A stretch of 64,000 nucleotides of DNA from Macrostomum lignano (lineage: Eukaryota): positions 1 to 64,000 of the forward strand of contig NIVC01002519.1 of assembly GCA_002269645.1 (NCBI GenBank). Reading direction: 5' to 3'. Below, piece after piece: positions 14,596 through 27,308 of the stretch. The notes beneath the pieces were generated by a model. It was given only the letters and a program-made list of their open reading frames with translations, searched no databases and had not been told where the DNA came from. The translations under genes were made by a program, and so were the position numbers. Every line of letters begins with the position of its first letter. Position 1 is the stretch's first letter.

Positions 14596-15058
14596 ATGGC
14601 AGCGGATTAGCTTGCTTAGATTGCTATGGCAGCGGATTAGCTTGCTTAGATTGCTATGGCAGCGGATTAGCTTGCTTAGATTGCTATGGCAGCGGATTAG
14701 CTTGCTTAGATTGTTATGGCAGCGGATTAGCTTGCTTAGATTGCTATGGCAGCGGATTAGCTTGCTTAGATTGCTATGGCAGCGGATTAGCTTGCTTAGA
14801 TTGCTATGGCAGCGGATTAGCTTGCTTAGATTGCTATGGCAGCGGATTAGCTTGCTTAGATTGCTATGGCAGCGGATTAGCTTGCTTAGATTGCTATGGC
14901 AGCGGATTAGCTTGCTTAGATTGCTATGGCAGCGGATTAGCTTGCTTAGATTGCTATGGCAGCGGATTAGCTTGCTTAGATTGCTATGGCAGCGGATTAG
15001 CTTGCTTAGATTGCTATGGCAGCGGATTAGCTTGCTTAGATTGCTATGGCAGCGGATT
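14596..15058. repeat. 30-bp minisatellite, about 15.4 copies
   Basis: Unit ATGGCAGCGGATTAGCTTGCTTAGATTGCT; nearly perfect, with one substitution at about 14714. Confidence 0.98.
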
Positions 15059-15639
15059 TCCAGTTTCTCTTTTCCCAGCAGAGACATTCTCGGCATGCAC
15101 ATGTCTTGATACCAGCTTTGAGTTCGGGGCTGACCATGACATCTCCCATCTCCAATCTGTGGGAGGCTTTGCAGAGTGCTAAGCGATTTAAAATCCGTCG
15201 GCATCCTTTGACGCAAAGTATATGTATAATATGTAAAATTACCTGTAAAAGTACACCCATTTGTCATAAAGGCTTCTGTCGAGGATGAATTTATGCAAGT
15301 CGCGTTATGTTGGAATGTTGTGCGGCCGGGATGCTTCTCAATAATCTAACTCACCGTGGGGTCAGCACCAGGGGCTTAGCCCATAATCTACATGAGCAAC
15401 CCCTAACCTACACCACAGGAACAGAATAGATGGAACAGAAATCAAATTACAGCTTGCTTGAAACAGGAAGCTAAAAATGCTATTTACATGTACATCGTGT
15501 ATTTACAGTTACATTTGCAACAAATTCACCAAATAAGAAAGAGCTGTTAAAATGCACAAAGAAATTAGCTTATTAAAAACATAATTTACATCAATGTAAA
15601 GGTATTTACAACCGCTAGTACTTCATAATGGCCACTCAA

Positions 15640-15645
15640 TTTATT
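15640..15645 (-). terminator. Candidate polyadenylation signal of the INSM gene
   Basis: TTTATT on + (AATAAA on -), about 410 nt past the stop codon in an AT-rich 3' region. Confidence 0.45.
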
Positions 15646-16057
15646 GCAGCTGTTGTTGCGAGTAAATTTAGATCCATTAAGAAGTAACCGGCACTGACTA
15701 GATAGACTACTTACTTAGGATACAGTAGTAATATATGTAGCGCGAATATGTACAAAATTGAACAAAATGTGTACTGGAAAGAGTGATAGTTATTAGTGGC
15801 TGTAACATTAAGTTACAAAATGAAATACTTATCCGTACGCGTAAACTTTTTGGCAGCATAGCATAGAGATAAAGAAATAAAAAAATATAGCAAGCACAAA
15901 ACTAAACTTTCATTAACAGCTTAATACATTTAGCGGTAAAAGAGAAATGCGTTCTGAGAAAAAGATAATAAAACTGTCTGTACAAAAATGTTTAGAAAAA
16001 TATACTAGGATGTATGCAGATTTAGTAAAACAACAAAAAACATTAATTCACGATAAA

Positions 16058-16816
16058 TTATTTACTACTGACAGTAGGCGACCGCCTCTTATGACTGGCA
16101 TTGTTGGCTCCGCACACTGGCAGGTGCTTCTTCAGGTTCACCTTCCGCTTGAAGCCGCGAAAGCAGGCGTCGCAGACAAAGCCGGACGCCTGGCTCCGAT
16201 GGCGCAGCAGCGACTCCATGTCGAAGGAGGCGACGCCGGCGCGAGGAACCGCAGCTGGCGGGGTGCTCGCCGACGTGCTGGATGCTGACTGATGACGCTG
16301 CTGGCCCGCCGGTGTTGCCGCTGTCGGCGACTTCGGCTTGCTGTGCCAGCGCCGGTGGCTGGCCAGGTTGGCCGGACAGCTGAAGGCTTTGTCGCATTCC
16401 GGACAGCGATGCTCGGCAGCCAGCAGTCTCGGACAGGTGTGTCCGGCCAGAGCCACGGCGTCCTCGTAGCGAACTTCGCACAGCCGGCAGACGAACTCGC
16501 CGATACGGTTGGGGATTCTGGCGAGAGCCTGGCGAATTTCGGCCAGCTCAGCGGCTGCTATGGCGGAATCGCTGCCTGACGGGGACTGCGGATGGTGTTC
16601 TCTGGGAGGCTGAGGCTGAGGCTGAGGCTGAGGCTGAGGAAGCAAGGACAGCGGCGCCGGCTGTGTTGGCGGCTGCAACAGCGGCCAATGCCAATTGAAC
16701 GTGTTGCCGTTGCTGCTACTAGTAGAGGCGGCTGCTGGCTGTAGAAGCGGGTGAGAAAATGCGTAGGCGTACTGATGGTGATGAAGCTGATGCCGGTGAC
16801 CGCCGCAAAGCTCCAT
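16058..16816 (-). CDS. INSM1: Insulinoma-associated (INSM1/Nerfin/EGL-46) zinc-finger transcription factor, intronless, 252 aa
   Basis: Family-diagnostic EFVCRLCEVRYEDAVALAGHTCPR...HRCPECDKAFSCPANLASHRRWHSKPK, plus a third finger FVCDACFRGFKRKVNLKKHLPVC. Good start context ACACCATGG with an in-frame TGA upstream. Confidence 0.92.
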   Translation of the reverse strand: MELCGGHRHQLHHHQYAYAFSHPLLQPAAASTSSSNGNTFNWHWPLLQPPTQPAPLSLLPQPQPQPQPQPPREHHPQSPSGSDSAIAAAELAEIRQALARIPNRIGEFVCRLCEVRYEDAVALAGHTCPRLLAAEHRCPECDKAFSCPANLASHRRWHSKPKSPTAATPAGQQRHQSASSTSASTPPAAVPRAGVASFDMESLLRHRSQASGFVCDACFRGFKRKVNLKKHLPVCGANNASHKRRSPTVSSK

Positions 16817-16859
16817 GGTGTAGGCCGCAACTCATTCTATATCGACTGCCGCTACAGTC

Positions 16860-16960
16860 TTGTATATATAATTCTGATCCCCAGGCTTAACAAAGATCCC
16901 CGCTCTCCCATCGAAGCAGTCGGTATGCCATTGGCTGCCGCCCTCGGATGTTATTGGCTC
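16860..16960 (-). promoter_or_regulatory. INSM core promoter (TATA and two CCAAT boxes)
   Basis: Minus-strand TATATATA at about 16863-16870. AGCCAAT twice (+ strand reads attggct at about 16930 and 16953). Confidence 0.6.
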
Positions 16961-17264
16961 GGGGGTTCGATTCGGTCTGAGCTCATTGCTCAAAACCCCC
17001 GCGCAGCTCCGCCTCAACCTGTGCAGGCCCGCTCCCTGGTGGCTCAACGGAATTCATGACTCTTATTTGAGCCTTTGTGCTTGGCCTCTGTCCTTGTTCT
17101 CCTACGAGGCATCCTAGGCGGAAGATGAGCGATGATGAAGCTCTAACACTAACTATTGGAGACATTTTTAGTGGGAAACTTTAAATCAACATTTCTTTGT
17201 AAGGCTACTCTGTCAGCTCTCGAAATCCTAAGCCAAAAGTATAATCCCAAAAAAAGTCATTCAG

Positions 17265-17985
17265 TTCAGTGCAGGACCCGCCCGTTGAAACTACAGGACC
17301 CTATGACCCTTCAGTGCAGGACCCGCCCGCTGAAACTACAGGACCCTACGACCCTTCAGTGCAGGACCCGCTCGCTGAAACTACAGGACCCTATGACCCT
17401 TTCAGTGCAGGACCCGCTCGCTGAAACTACAGGACCCTATGACCCTTTCAGTGCAGGACCCGCCCGCTGAAACTACAGGACCCTATGACCCTTCAGTGCA
17501 GGACCCGCTCGCTGAAACTACAGGACCCTATACCCTTCAGTGCAGGACCCGCTCGCTGAAACTACAGGACCCTACGACCCTTCAGTGCAGGACCCGCCCG
17601 CTGAAACTACAGGACCCTATACCCTTCAGTACAGGACCCGCCCGCTGAAACTACAGGACCCTATGAGCCTTCAGTGCCGGACCCGCCCGCTGAAACTACA
17701 GGACCCTATGACCCTTCAGTACAGGACCCGCCCGCTGAAACTACAGGACCCTATGAGCCTTCAGTGCAGGACCCGCCCGCTAAAAATACAGGACCCTATG
17801 AGTCTTCAGTGCAGGACCCGCCCGCTAAAACTACAGGACCCTATGACCCTTCAGTACAGGACCCGCCCGCTGAAACTACAGGACCCTATGAGCCTTCAGT
17901 GCAGGACCCGCCCGCTAAAAATACAGGACCCTATGAGTCTTCAGTGCAGGACCCGCCCGCTGAAACTACAGGACCCTATGACCCT
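17265..17985. repeat. 45-bp minisatellite, about 16 copies
   Basis: Unit CTTCAGTGCAGGACCCGCCCGCTGAAACTACAGGACCCTATGACC. Confidence 0.97.
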
Positions 17986-18616
17986 TTAGTTTAGGGGGTT
18001 GCCAAAATGTAAAATCACTGTTTAAAATATTTTTATAGTTCGCAACAAGTCGCCATCATTAACCCGAAAAATCACAACTCCGAAAATCAAAATAGCGTTG
18101 GAAATTGCTAACACTTTCGGAGTCATGATATTTTGGGTTTATGATACCACCCCTCGTATAACTGCATAAGCAGAAACCAATCAATTAGCAATTCTTTTTT
18201 GCAGGCGGCCACCTGCTTAGAACTATTTGTTATAATTCTTTTAAATCTCAAATTTACACCGCACGCGAACTTAATAAGCTCATTCATTTACTATACAGTT
18301 CAATTGTATATACCAAGAATTAAGCATGGCAGCAGGTTTTAAACTCGAGAACATGGCAGCTCAGATGTTTGAAACTTGGCAACTAAATAATATACCAATT
18401 TATAATACAGCAATTTTCATATAAAGAGGCCGCTTTTCTTAGTTTTGTATAGACGCGAATTTCAGAAACAATCAACACGCGTGTTTGCCGTCCGACCCAC
18501 CATTACGTATTATTTTATCCACGGCTGGGTTCTGATGTTTGACACGCAACATCACTAACTATAGTCTTATTCTTTCTGCGGCGGCTTGTTAATATTTTAT
18601 TTACTTCATACTGTAC

Positions 18617-19600
18617 CTGTCTGTCTCTCACTGTCACAGCCTTTATGCCGTGTCTGTCTCTCACTATCACAGCCTTTATCCCCGTGTCTGTCTCTCACTG
18701 TCACAGCCTTTATCCCCGTGTCTGTCTCTCACTGTCACAGCCTTTATCCCCTGTCTGTCTCTCACTGTCACAGCCTTTATCCCCTGTCTGTCTCTCACTG
18801 TCACAGCCTTTATCCCCTGTCTGTCTCTCACTGTCACAGCCTTTATGCCGTGTCTGTCTCTCACTATCACAGCCTTTATCCCCGTGTCTGTCTCTCACTG
18901 TCACAGCCTTTATCCCCGTGTCTGTCTCTCACTATCATAGCCTTTATCCCCTGTCTGTCTCTCACTGTCACAGCCTTTATCCCCTGTCTGTCTCTCACTG
19001 TCACAGCCTTTATCCCCGTGTCTGTCTCTCACTATCATAGCCTTTATCCCCTGTCTGTCTCTCACTATCAAAGCCTTTATCCCCGTGTCTGTCTCTCACT
19101 GTCACAGCCTTTATCCCCGTGTCTGTCTCTCACTGTCACAGCCTTTATCCCCTGTCTGTCTCTCACTATCAAAGCCTTTATCCCCGTGTCTGTCTCTCAC
19201 TATCACAGCCTTTATCCCCGTGTCTGTCTCTCACTATCATAGCCTTTATCCCCTGTCTGTCTCTCACTATCAAAGCCTTTATCCCCGTGTCTGTCTCTCA
19301 CTGTCACAGCCTTTATCCCCGTGTCTGTCTCTCACTGTCACAGCCTTTATCCCCGTGTCTGTCTCTCACTATCATAGCCTTCATCCCCGTGTCTGTCTCT
19401 CACTGTCACAGCCTTTATCCCCGTGTATGTCTCTCACTGTCACAGCCTTTATCCCCGTGTCTGTCTCACTGTCACAGCCTTTATCCCCGTGTCTGTCTCT
19501 CACTGTCACAGCCTTCATCCCCGTGTCTGTCTCTCACTGTCACAGCCTTTATCCCGTGTCTGTCTCTCACTGTCACAGCCTTCATCCCCGTGTCTGTCTC
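18617..19600. repeat. 33-35-bp CT-rich minisatellite
   Basis: Unit (C/CG)TGTCTGTCTCTCACT(G/A)TCACAGCCTTTATCCC. Confidence 0.97.
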
Positions 19601-20247
19601 TTTCCCACCATCCCCCGTAGAATCAATCCGTAATAATCACCCCAAGTTTAAAATTCTTGACAGTTATGATTCTATATTTTATTCCCGACCTTCAAGTTTA
19701 TTCGATATATCGAGATACATAGCTATTCTCAAAACAAGTATCGGGTAACGCAAGACTAAGCCCTGCTTTTAACAACGGGACGATATAGTCTATGGCCTAT
19801 ATCCCTAACACCGCCAATCATATAATGACACGCTATACAGGTATATACTACACGAGTGCTGATAGAAAATTGCGCAACTTGAAAAGCGCAGACTACCCTG
19901 CAATTATACATACTAATATAATGTGTCGTGTCATGAGTTGCGCGTATAGGGTTATACACATGCAATAATTATGCTCAGGTCAAGCATCCTTAAAAATATT
20001 ACCAGCCTCTTAATTTGATGTAGATCAGCCTCTTTCAGTGGCCCCACAACAGTAGATTTATTCCCATAGCTCTCTAGACTGCCAAATGAGTTCCTTAAAA
20101 ACTCAAAAAAAATCCCATAGAGTTTACACAATCCCCATTCCAGATTCCCCATATCCCAGAAAGTTTCCCTATATCCTTACAGGTGATATTGTCTATAGAT
20201 CCCTTTTAGAATTCCCTTTAGAATTAAATATCTAGATCCCTTAAAAC

Positions 20248-20700
20248 ACAGAGACATCCCCCATATCCCAGAGAGATTCCCCATATCCCAGAGAGATTCC
20301 CCATATCCCAGAGAGATTCCCCATATCACAGAGATTCCCCATATCTCAGAGACATTCCCCATATCACAGAGAGATTCCCCATATCACAGAGATTCCCCAT
20401 ATCTCAGAGACATTCCCCATATCACAGAGAGATTCCCCATATCACAGAGAGATTCCCCATATCACAGAGAGATTCCCCATATCACAGAGAGATTCCCCAT
20501 ATCCCAGAGAGATTCCCCATATCACAGAGAGATTCCCCATATCACAGAGATTCCCCATATCTCAGAGACATTCCCCATATCACAGAAAGATTCCCCATAT
20601 CACAGAAAGATTTCCCATATCACAGAGAGATTCCCCATATCACAGAGAGATTCCCCATGTCTCAGAGAGATTCCCCATATAACAGAAAAATTCCCCATAT
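20248..20700. repeat. 18-20-bp minisatellite
   Basis: Unit GAGAGATTCCCCATATC(A/C)CA. Confidence 0.96.
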
Positions 20701-21317
20701 TCCTTAGATCTGTCCATATCAACGATATGATCTCATACTCTGCCATATCCTAAAATATCCTTAGATCCTCGTATTTCTAGTATTCTAAAATCCCTTCTAA
20801 AACGGGACCAACTTCGCAGTCCGAATACTCACTGCTCCAACAGCTTTATCCGCGGTTCCTCCATCGCTCGCACCCCATAACGCATGGCGGGCGCGGCTAT
20901 AAAGAGAATTAGAAACCCGACACCGAAATCGGCCGCCCCAGAATTGAGGCCTACGGGGCGAATTACGGGGAAATTTCTAAATATCGCCATTAAAACAAAG
21001 ACCTAAATATAAGCTCTGCAGTTTGAGAGGCCATGCAGCAAACAAAGACTATAAGATCCTGCGACAGGTTTTTAATAAGGATGGCGGAGAGATTTGAGTA
21101 AATAAAACACCCGAATCTCACCCGAGCCTTATTCTGCATTGTCTGCAAGATCTTCTGAGCAGTTTGGGTTAACCTAGCACGGTTATTAATGATTAATTTA
21201 TAACTTGTGAGTTCTAATTGCCTTGAGCAATTGAACACAAGTGATAGGCTTGTACAAACCTTCTCCATCTATCTCACCTCCCTGACTTATCTTTCCCGCT
21301 ATTCGAACCCCCCAGCC

Positions 21318-21755
21318 TCCATCACTTTCCCTGTCCTCTCTATTCCTGTCCAGCTATCACTTTTCCTGTCCTCTCTATTCCTGTCCAGTCCATCACTTTC
21401 CCTGTCCTCTCTATTCCTGTCCAGTCCATCACTTCCCCTGTCCTCTCTATTCCTGTCCAGTCCATCACTTTCCCTGTCCTCTCTATTCCTGTCCAGTCCA
21501 TCACTTTCCCTGTCCTCTCTATTCCTGTCCAGTCCATCACTTCCCTGTCCTCTGTATTCCTGTCCAGTTCATCACTTTCCCTGTCCTCTCTATTCCTGTC
21601 CAGTTCATCACTTTCCCTGTCCTCTCTATCCCTGTCCAGTCCATCACTTTCCTGTCCTCTATTCCTGTCCAGTCCATCACTTCCCTGTCCTCTATTCCTG
21701 TCCAGTCCATCACTTCCCTGTCCTCTATTCCTGTCCAGTCCATCACTTCCCTGTC
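21318..21755. repeat. 33-36-bp CT-rich minisatellite
   Basis: Unit TTCCCTGTCCTCTCTATTCCTGTCCAGTCCATCACT, shortening toward the right end. Confidence 0.96.
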
Positions 21756-23347
21756 TTCTGTATCACAATTTTGTGAGACTTTATTGAGTATAGATGTAGC
21801 TCTAATTTGAGCTACTTAGAGCTATACTTAACACGTAAACTGCTTCATCAATCAAACAAATCCGCATAATCGGTGGCTTTATATATTTAAAAAAATCACC
21901 TGCTCCCGTCTTGCCCACCGCAAGCACTGTCTATTAGTTATGAATAAGAATCTGAGCAAGCAAGCGGAGTTTGACGACGCTAAGATGAGCAGCTGCGTCA
22001 AAAAAGCCTCGTGGCTTTAAGCTGTGACACTTTCACTTCTTGTTAGGATACAAACTTTACAGATATGAGTAAAGATATTAAAGTGTTTACAAAATAGGCC
22101 ACTCTACGGATACTGTAGAGACTTGCCGATAAAGAAGGTTTAACCCCCTCAGGGTCAACCTCCAAGATTGATGAAGAGAAATGGAGAGAAAGAGAGCAAA
22201 ATGAGATTACAAAGACTTTCGCAAGTTCGGAGTTCAACAAGACCCTTGAATGTTGTCACACAGCACTGATACGGCAGTCGACATCTTAAAAAATATATAA
22301 TCTTTGTTTGCAAACAGGATCTTGCGGAGAACTGGGGAAACAACAGCCCGGGCTATATAGCCATTGGGATAACTGTGTGCTCAGTGAACTATGACGGATG
22401 ACGACCGAGTGGGATCTGAATTCTAGATCTAACTATAATGGAGTCGAATAATTGAGGAACTAGACGAGTTGGAAAATTGAGGCAAAAAGAGGCTGCATGA
22501 GACGGCACCTGGCACACCTGCCTGTCTGTCTGGGCCGTGTTTTTTAATTTCTTTCAGATAAAAAGATAGAAAAGTTGTCTTCTGCTGCAGGGGGGGGGGC
22601 AGGCCTCGATGGGAGACAATGACAGGGGAAGGGGGGCAGCTCTGGGACCAGCCATCACATCCTACTCAAAAACTGGAAACGCTGCAGGGAAAGTGTTCGT
22701 CCCTATAGGGATTGTAGAGATATTCGCGAATTCGGTGAATTTATCGAACAGTTGGCTCGGGAGAAGCTGCTGAAGGAGCCACTGACCCCCCAATCCCACC
22801 CCGAGCCCCCCCCTTAGCGCTATAATTAGCGGGGCTCACGGGGGACCAGGATGTCGCAGGATCAACCGGTGGCCCGTGAGGGTGTCATGTCCAAGCTCGG
22901 GGTGATGAGCCTGTAATAGATGAGGCATTACGCCAGTTCAAAGAAACTGAAAACAGCAGCCCTATAGCCCTGCAGTCCCAGCACCTGCCTGCTTCAGCCC
23001 TTTCAGGGGCGTCTGTTGCAGAGTTTGAGCTCACAAAACTGGAATAGACGTGTTTGATCCCAATCTCAACTTTGTCTCAGAGAATTAAGCTATATCTTAT
23101 AATAGACAAAGATTGCAATAATATTAACTGTGCAGTCCATTAAATCTACATAGCTTGTCTTATATAATCACTGTCGGTTATCTTCAGTCTTCAATTTATA
23201 GCCAGAGGCACTGATGGACTAAAGCGTTATTATAAACCGCTTGAGAATAGAAATTATATAGGCTAGCAGGATTGAGGCTTGGGTGAGAGGAAAGGCATGC
23301 GATTAATGCTGGTAATTCTAGACGAGCTCGTGGTATCGAGAATTCAA

Positions 23348-23806
23348 AGCGATTCTCAATGGGGAATTATAGGCAATTCTCAATGGGGAATTATAGGCGA
23401 TTCTCAATGGGGAATTATAGGCGATTCTCAATGGGGAATTATAGGCGATTCTCAGTGGGGAATTATAGGCAATTCTCAATGGGGAATTATAGGCGATTCT
23501 CAATGGGGAATTATAGGCGATTCTCAATGGGGAATTATAGGCGATTCTCAGTGGGGAATTATAGGCGATTCTCAATGGGGAATTATAGGCGATTCTCATG
23601 GGGAATCCGAGGCGATTCTCATGGGGAATCCGAGGCGATTCTCATGGGGAATCCGAGGCGATTCTCATGGGGAATCCAAAGCGATTCTCATGTGGAATCC
23701 GAGGCGATTCTCATGGGGAATCCGAGGTGATTCTCATGGGGAATTTGAGGTGATTCTCATTGGGATTTTGAGGCGATTCTCATTGGGAATTCGAGGCGAT
23801 TCTCAT
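23348..23806. repeat. Bipartite 24/23-bp minisatellite
   Basis: GGCGATTCTCAATGGGGAATTATA (about 10 copies), then GGCGATTCTCATGGGGAATCCGA. Confidence 0.96.
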
Positions 23807-24499
23807 AGACAAGAAGAAAGCTGAGAAAGTTATTCCAAAGGAGCAGTGGTAGTATGTATGAAAGTAATAAAAATAATTTTTTTAAATCCCAGAGTTGAAA
23901 AGTAAGTTCTGATATAAACAATTAATATTTTGATAGAGTCACCTTTGAACTCTTCCTATTCAGTTACATAAGTCTCTACTTCACTGTGCCATGAAAAGCG
24001 CTCTGTTAATATCAAACAATTTAAAAAGCAGAATTAAAAACTACACGCTCGACTTGAGTTGCCAACTCTGGGTTGCGAGTATAGCTACATGCAGTAGATG
24101 TATATAAAGCAGTCTGGTTGCGATGCGGTCACCAAATTGCAAAGTGAAGACTAACCCCTATTTCAATAAGATCCTTGTTAAGTCCGTAACGGATGTTAGA
24201 ACCCTGCGATCTCTTCCACTCACTCGAATTCTCTTCTCATTCGCATGCCGCTTTCCCTTTTCGTGCCTCCTCTTCTAATCGAAAATTAGCCTCGTTTAGA
24301 AGAAAGTGAGCAACAAAGACTGGCAGGGGAAGCTTTGTGAAGGCGGGGCGAGAAGGGTGGTGGGTGGGTGGGGGATTCTAGAGACCCGAGGAGGGCCAGG
24401 ACCCCCCGCAGCAATGTCCGACGACTGCTCAGGATTCGCGAAAGATTTCGCGCAATCCAAGCCAAGGAGACTTCAGTTCGAACCTGGGATCTGGAGTGC

Positions 24500-24760
24500 C
24501 TAAATTTTACAAATCCCCTAATTTCACAAATCCCCTAATTTCACAAATCCCCTAATTTCACAAATCCCCTAATTTTACAAATCCCCTAATTTCACAAATC
24601 CCCTAATTTCACAAATCCCCAAATTTCACAAAATCCCAAAATTTCACAAATCTCAAAAGTTTCATAAACCCCCGAATTCCACAACTCCTTCAAATTAATA
24701 AACTCCAAATTTCAAAATCCCCAAATTTTTCAAATCCCAAAATTTCGTAAATCCCCAAAT
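24500..24760. repeat. 17-bp tandem repeat with degenerate tail
   Basis: TTTCACAAATCCCCTAA, about 7 copies, then decaying units. Confidence 0.9.
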
Positions 24761-25219
24761 TTGGGGATAAGAATTTCGCATGGAAGTCCAGTTGTTGTTG
24801 TGGTGTTGCGAAAGTTGTGAAATGCGAATTGCCATCCACCATAGTTTAGAATTTTATTCTCTCTTACAGTTTCAGGCTCAAAAACAAGAACGGGTTTCAT
24901 TGTGCCTGAAATTGTTGTTAAAGATCTCCTTGCCTCAGCTTCATCATAATCATCCCATTACTGAGCGGAGGCTGCGATCCGCTTGGCTGAATCGAAGTGC
25001 CGACTGATCATCTACACACTGACCCTGTCACAATAATTATTATAACTAGCGGCCATTAGGCATTAAACTCAACGGACTCAGGTGGGGCGGAATCAGGACC
25101 GATTGAGGAGCCCTCGCTCTGCATGACCGTCTGCTTTGGTCGCACGCCACTTCGCTTTGTTAAGTCCAGGGCTGCCGGCGTGTCCATTTGGCCAACAGTG
25201 TGGGAAATGACCGACTCGC

Positions 25220-25365
25220 ATAAACGGGAATCTTCCCATAAACTGGAAACTCCCGATAAACTGGAATCTTCCCATAAACTGGAAACTCCCGATAAACTGG
25301 AAACTTACCATAAACTGGAAACACCCCGTAAACTGGAAACACCCCATAAACTGGAAGCTCACCAT
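25220..25365. repeat. 18-bp tandem repeat
   Basis: ATAAACTGGAAACTCCCG / ATAAACTGGAATCTTCCC. Confidence 0.9.
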
Positions 25366-25532
25366 TAACAGGAAAATCCACAATCTAGAAGGCCTTATCA
25401 ATTAGATATCACATAACAGTTAAACATGCAGATTTTGCTGAAGTGCCGGCTTAGTAATTCAATTTCCTGTGACATGAAACTTCTTGCTTGAAGTCCAAGT
25501 CCAAATAACGGCAATATCTTTTGTCCAGGAGA

Positions 25533-25589
<57 letters not shown>

Positions 25590-25603
25590 GTCTATCTATC
25601 TAA

Positions 25604-25652
<49 letters not shown>

Positions 25653-25674
25653 GTCTATCTATCTATCTATCTAA

Positions 25675-25739
<65 letters not shown>

Positions 25740-25843
25740 GTCTATCTATCTATCTATCTATCTATCTGTCTATCTAATATCTGTCTATCTATCCGTCTGT
25801 CTATCTATCTGTCTGTCTATCTATCTATCTATCTATCTATCTG

Positions 25844-25874
<31 letters not shown>

Positions 25875-26286
25875 GTGTATCTAATATCTGTCTATCTATC
25901 TGTCTGTCTATCTATCTATCTATCTATCTATCTGTCTATCTAATATCTGTCTATCTATCTGTCTGTCTATCTATCTATCTATCTATCTATCTGTCTATCT
26001 ATCTATCTATCTGTCTATCTAATATCTGTCTATCTATCTGTCTGTCTATCTATCTGTCTGTCTATCTATCTATCTATCTATCTATCTGTCTATCTATCTA
26101 TCTATCTATCTATCTGTGTATCTAATATCTGTCTATCTATCTGTCTGTCTATCTATCTATCTATCTATCTATCTGTCTATCTAATATCTGTCTATCTATC
26201 TGTCTGTCTATCTATTTGTCTGTCTATCTATCTATCTATCTATCTGTCTATCTAATATCTGTCTATCTATCTGTCTGTCTATCTAT
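25533..26286. repeat. Compound (TATC)n/(TGTC)n microsatellite
   Basis: TATC runs interrupted by TGTC and a recurring CTAATATC. Confidence 0.98.
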
Positions 26287-27308
26287 AGGACTACAATAGC
26301 TTATTTTACGTTAAAAGAGCGAATAAATATGGAGGCGTGAATGGCATTTCCAAATTAATAGTAGCTATGGTGGACACGCAATGTTGACCCAGATAAATCG
26401 GTTTTGTAATATAAAAAAAAGTGTAGCAAAATATTTTATTTAAACAAACAAGGTGAAGTATTTTTTGCGATTACAATCGTAAAATATATAAGTCAGAATT
26501 ACGAAATTTGAATACTATTTTTATATTTGAGATCAGAACACTATTTAATGCAGACTGCTAATGCAAAACCGTAGAAAAGTACAATTTTTTGAAAAGCGAA
26601 TATTGTATAGTTAAAAGTATTGCACAAAACTTTAGTTTATAGTAAGCTGATAAAAATTGCGATCAAAAAACGTTATAAAAAGGTTCAATACAGTTTGCGA
26701 AGCTTCCTTAATGCGAAATCGATAAAAAAACGAACTAAAGTACTAACGCGTGGAAGACAGGCAGCAGTATTTAATGCATGAGAATTAGCATACTTTGATT
26801 ACAGCTTAATAAAAGCAACGTAATTATTTTAAATTATAAAAAATGTAGATCCTTACAAAACTTTTGAGCTGCACTACTGACAAAGACGGCCAGTCAGTAG
26901 CATAATAATGACCGAAAATAAGTTAATAGGTAGGTAGGTAACGGTTTTAAGGGCGATTAATGCTTCTCAATTTTACAACAGATGAAGTTCCTAATTACAC
27001 TACTGGTACGGAGGAGACAGAAAGTAGATACTTGATTCAGTATTTTAAAAAAAAGTTTACACCAAAGCACAGATACAAGAATGAGTACTAGATATGCCAT
27101 TCGCAAAAAGCGCAATCTACTTTTTATTCGCTTCTGGCTTTCCACAAGCAGACACATTAGATTAGCATTTTCATCCCGCTTTACTGACTTCAGACCGCTT
27201 CAGATTCGAAAATTCATTCATTCTTAACCTCGTCCTCCTATTTAAGTATTCGCTGGTCTTAGTAATTTTAGTATGTTTGAGCCAAATAAACAAAATACTC
27301 AAACTGCA

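Noticed and set aside
15634-15648. ACTCAATTTATTGCA matches, as I recall it, the 3' part of the Macrostomum spliced leader
   Set aside because: Only 15 nt of AT-rich sequence; the 5' part of the leader, the donor and the Sm site are missing. It coincides with the antisense AATAAA of the INSM 3' UTR.
15947-16579. Plus-strand and alternative-frame ORFs overlapping INSM
   Set aside because: These are shadow ORFs of a GC-rich coding region with no recognisable motifs.
21899-21930. Minus-strand 31-nt candidate exon TVLAVGKTGAG resembling a P-loop
   Set aside because: No downstream phase-1 exon supplies the required GK(S/T) continuation; probably chance.
24240-25010. Minus-strand model MKPVLVFEPET|VRTEVSLAWIARNL...
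   Set aside because: It has an in-frame stop upstream and a weak acceptor. Plus-strand acceptors in the same region are much stronger, though the model is not formally excluded.
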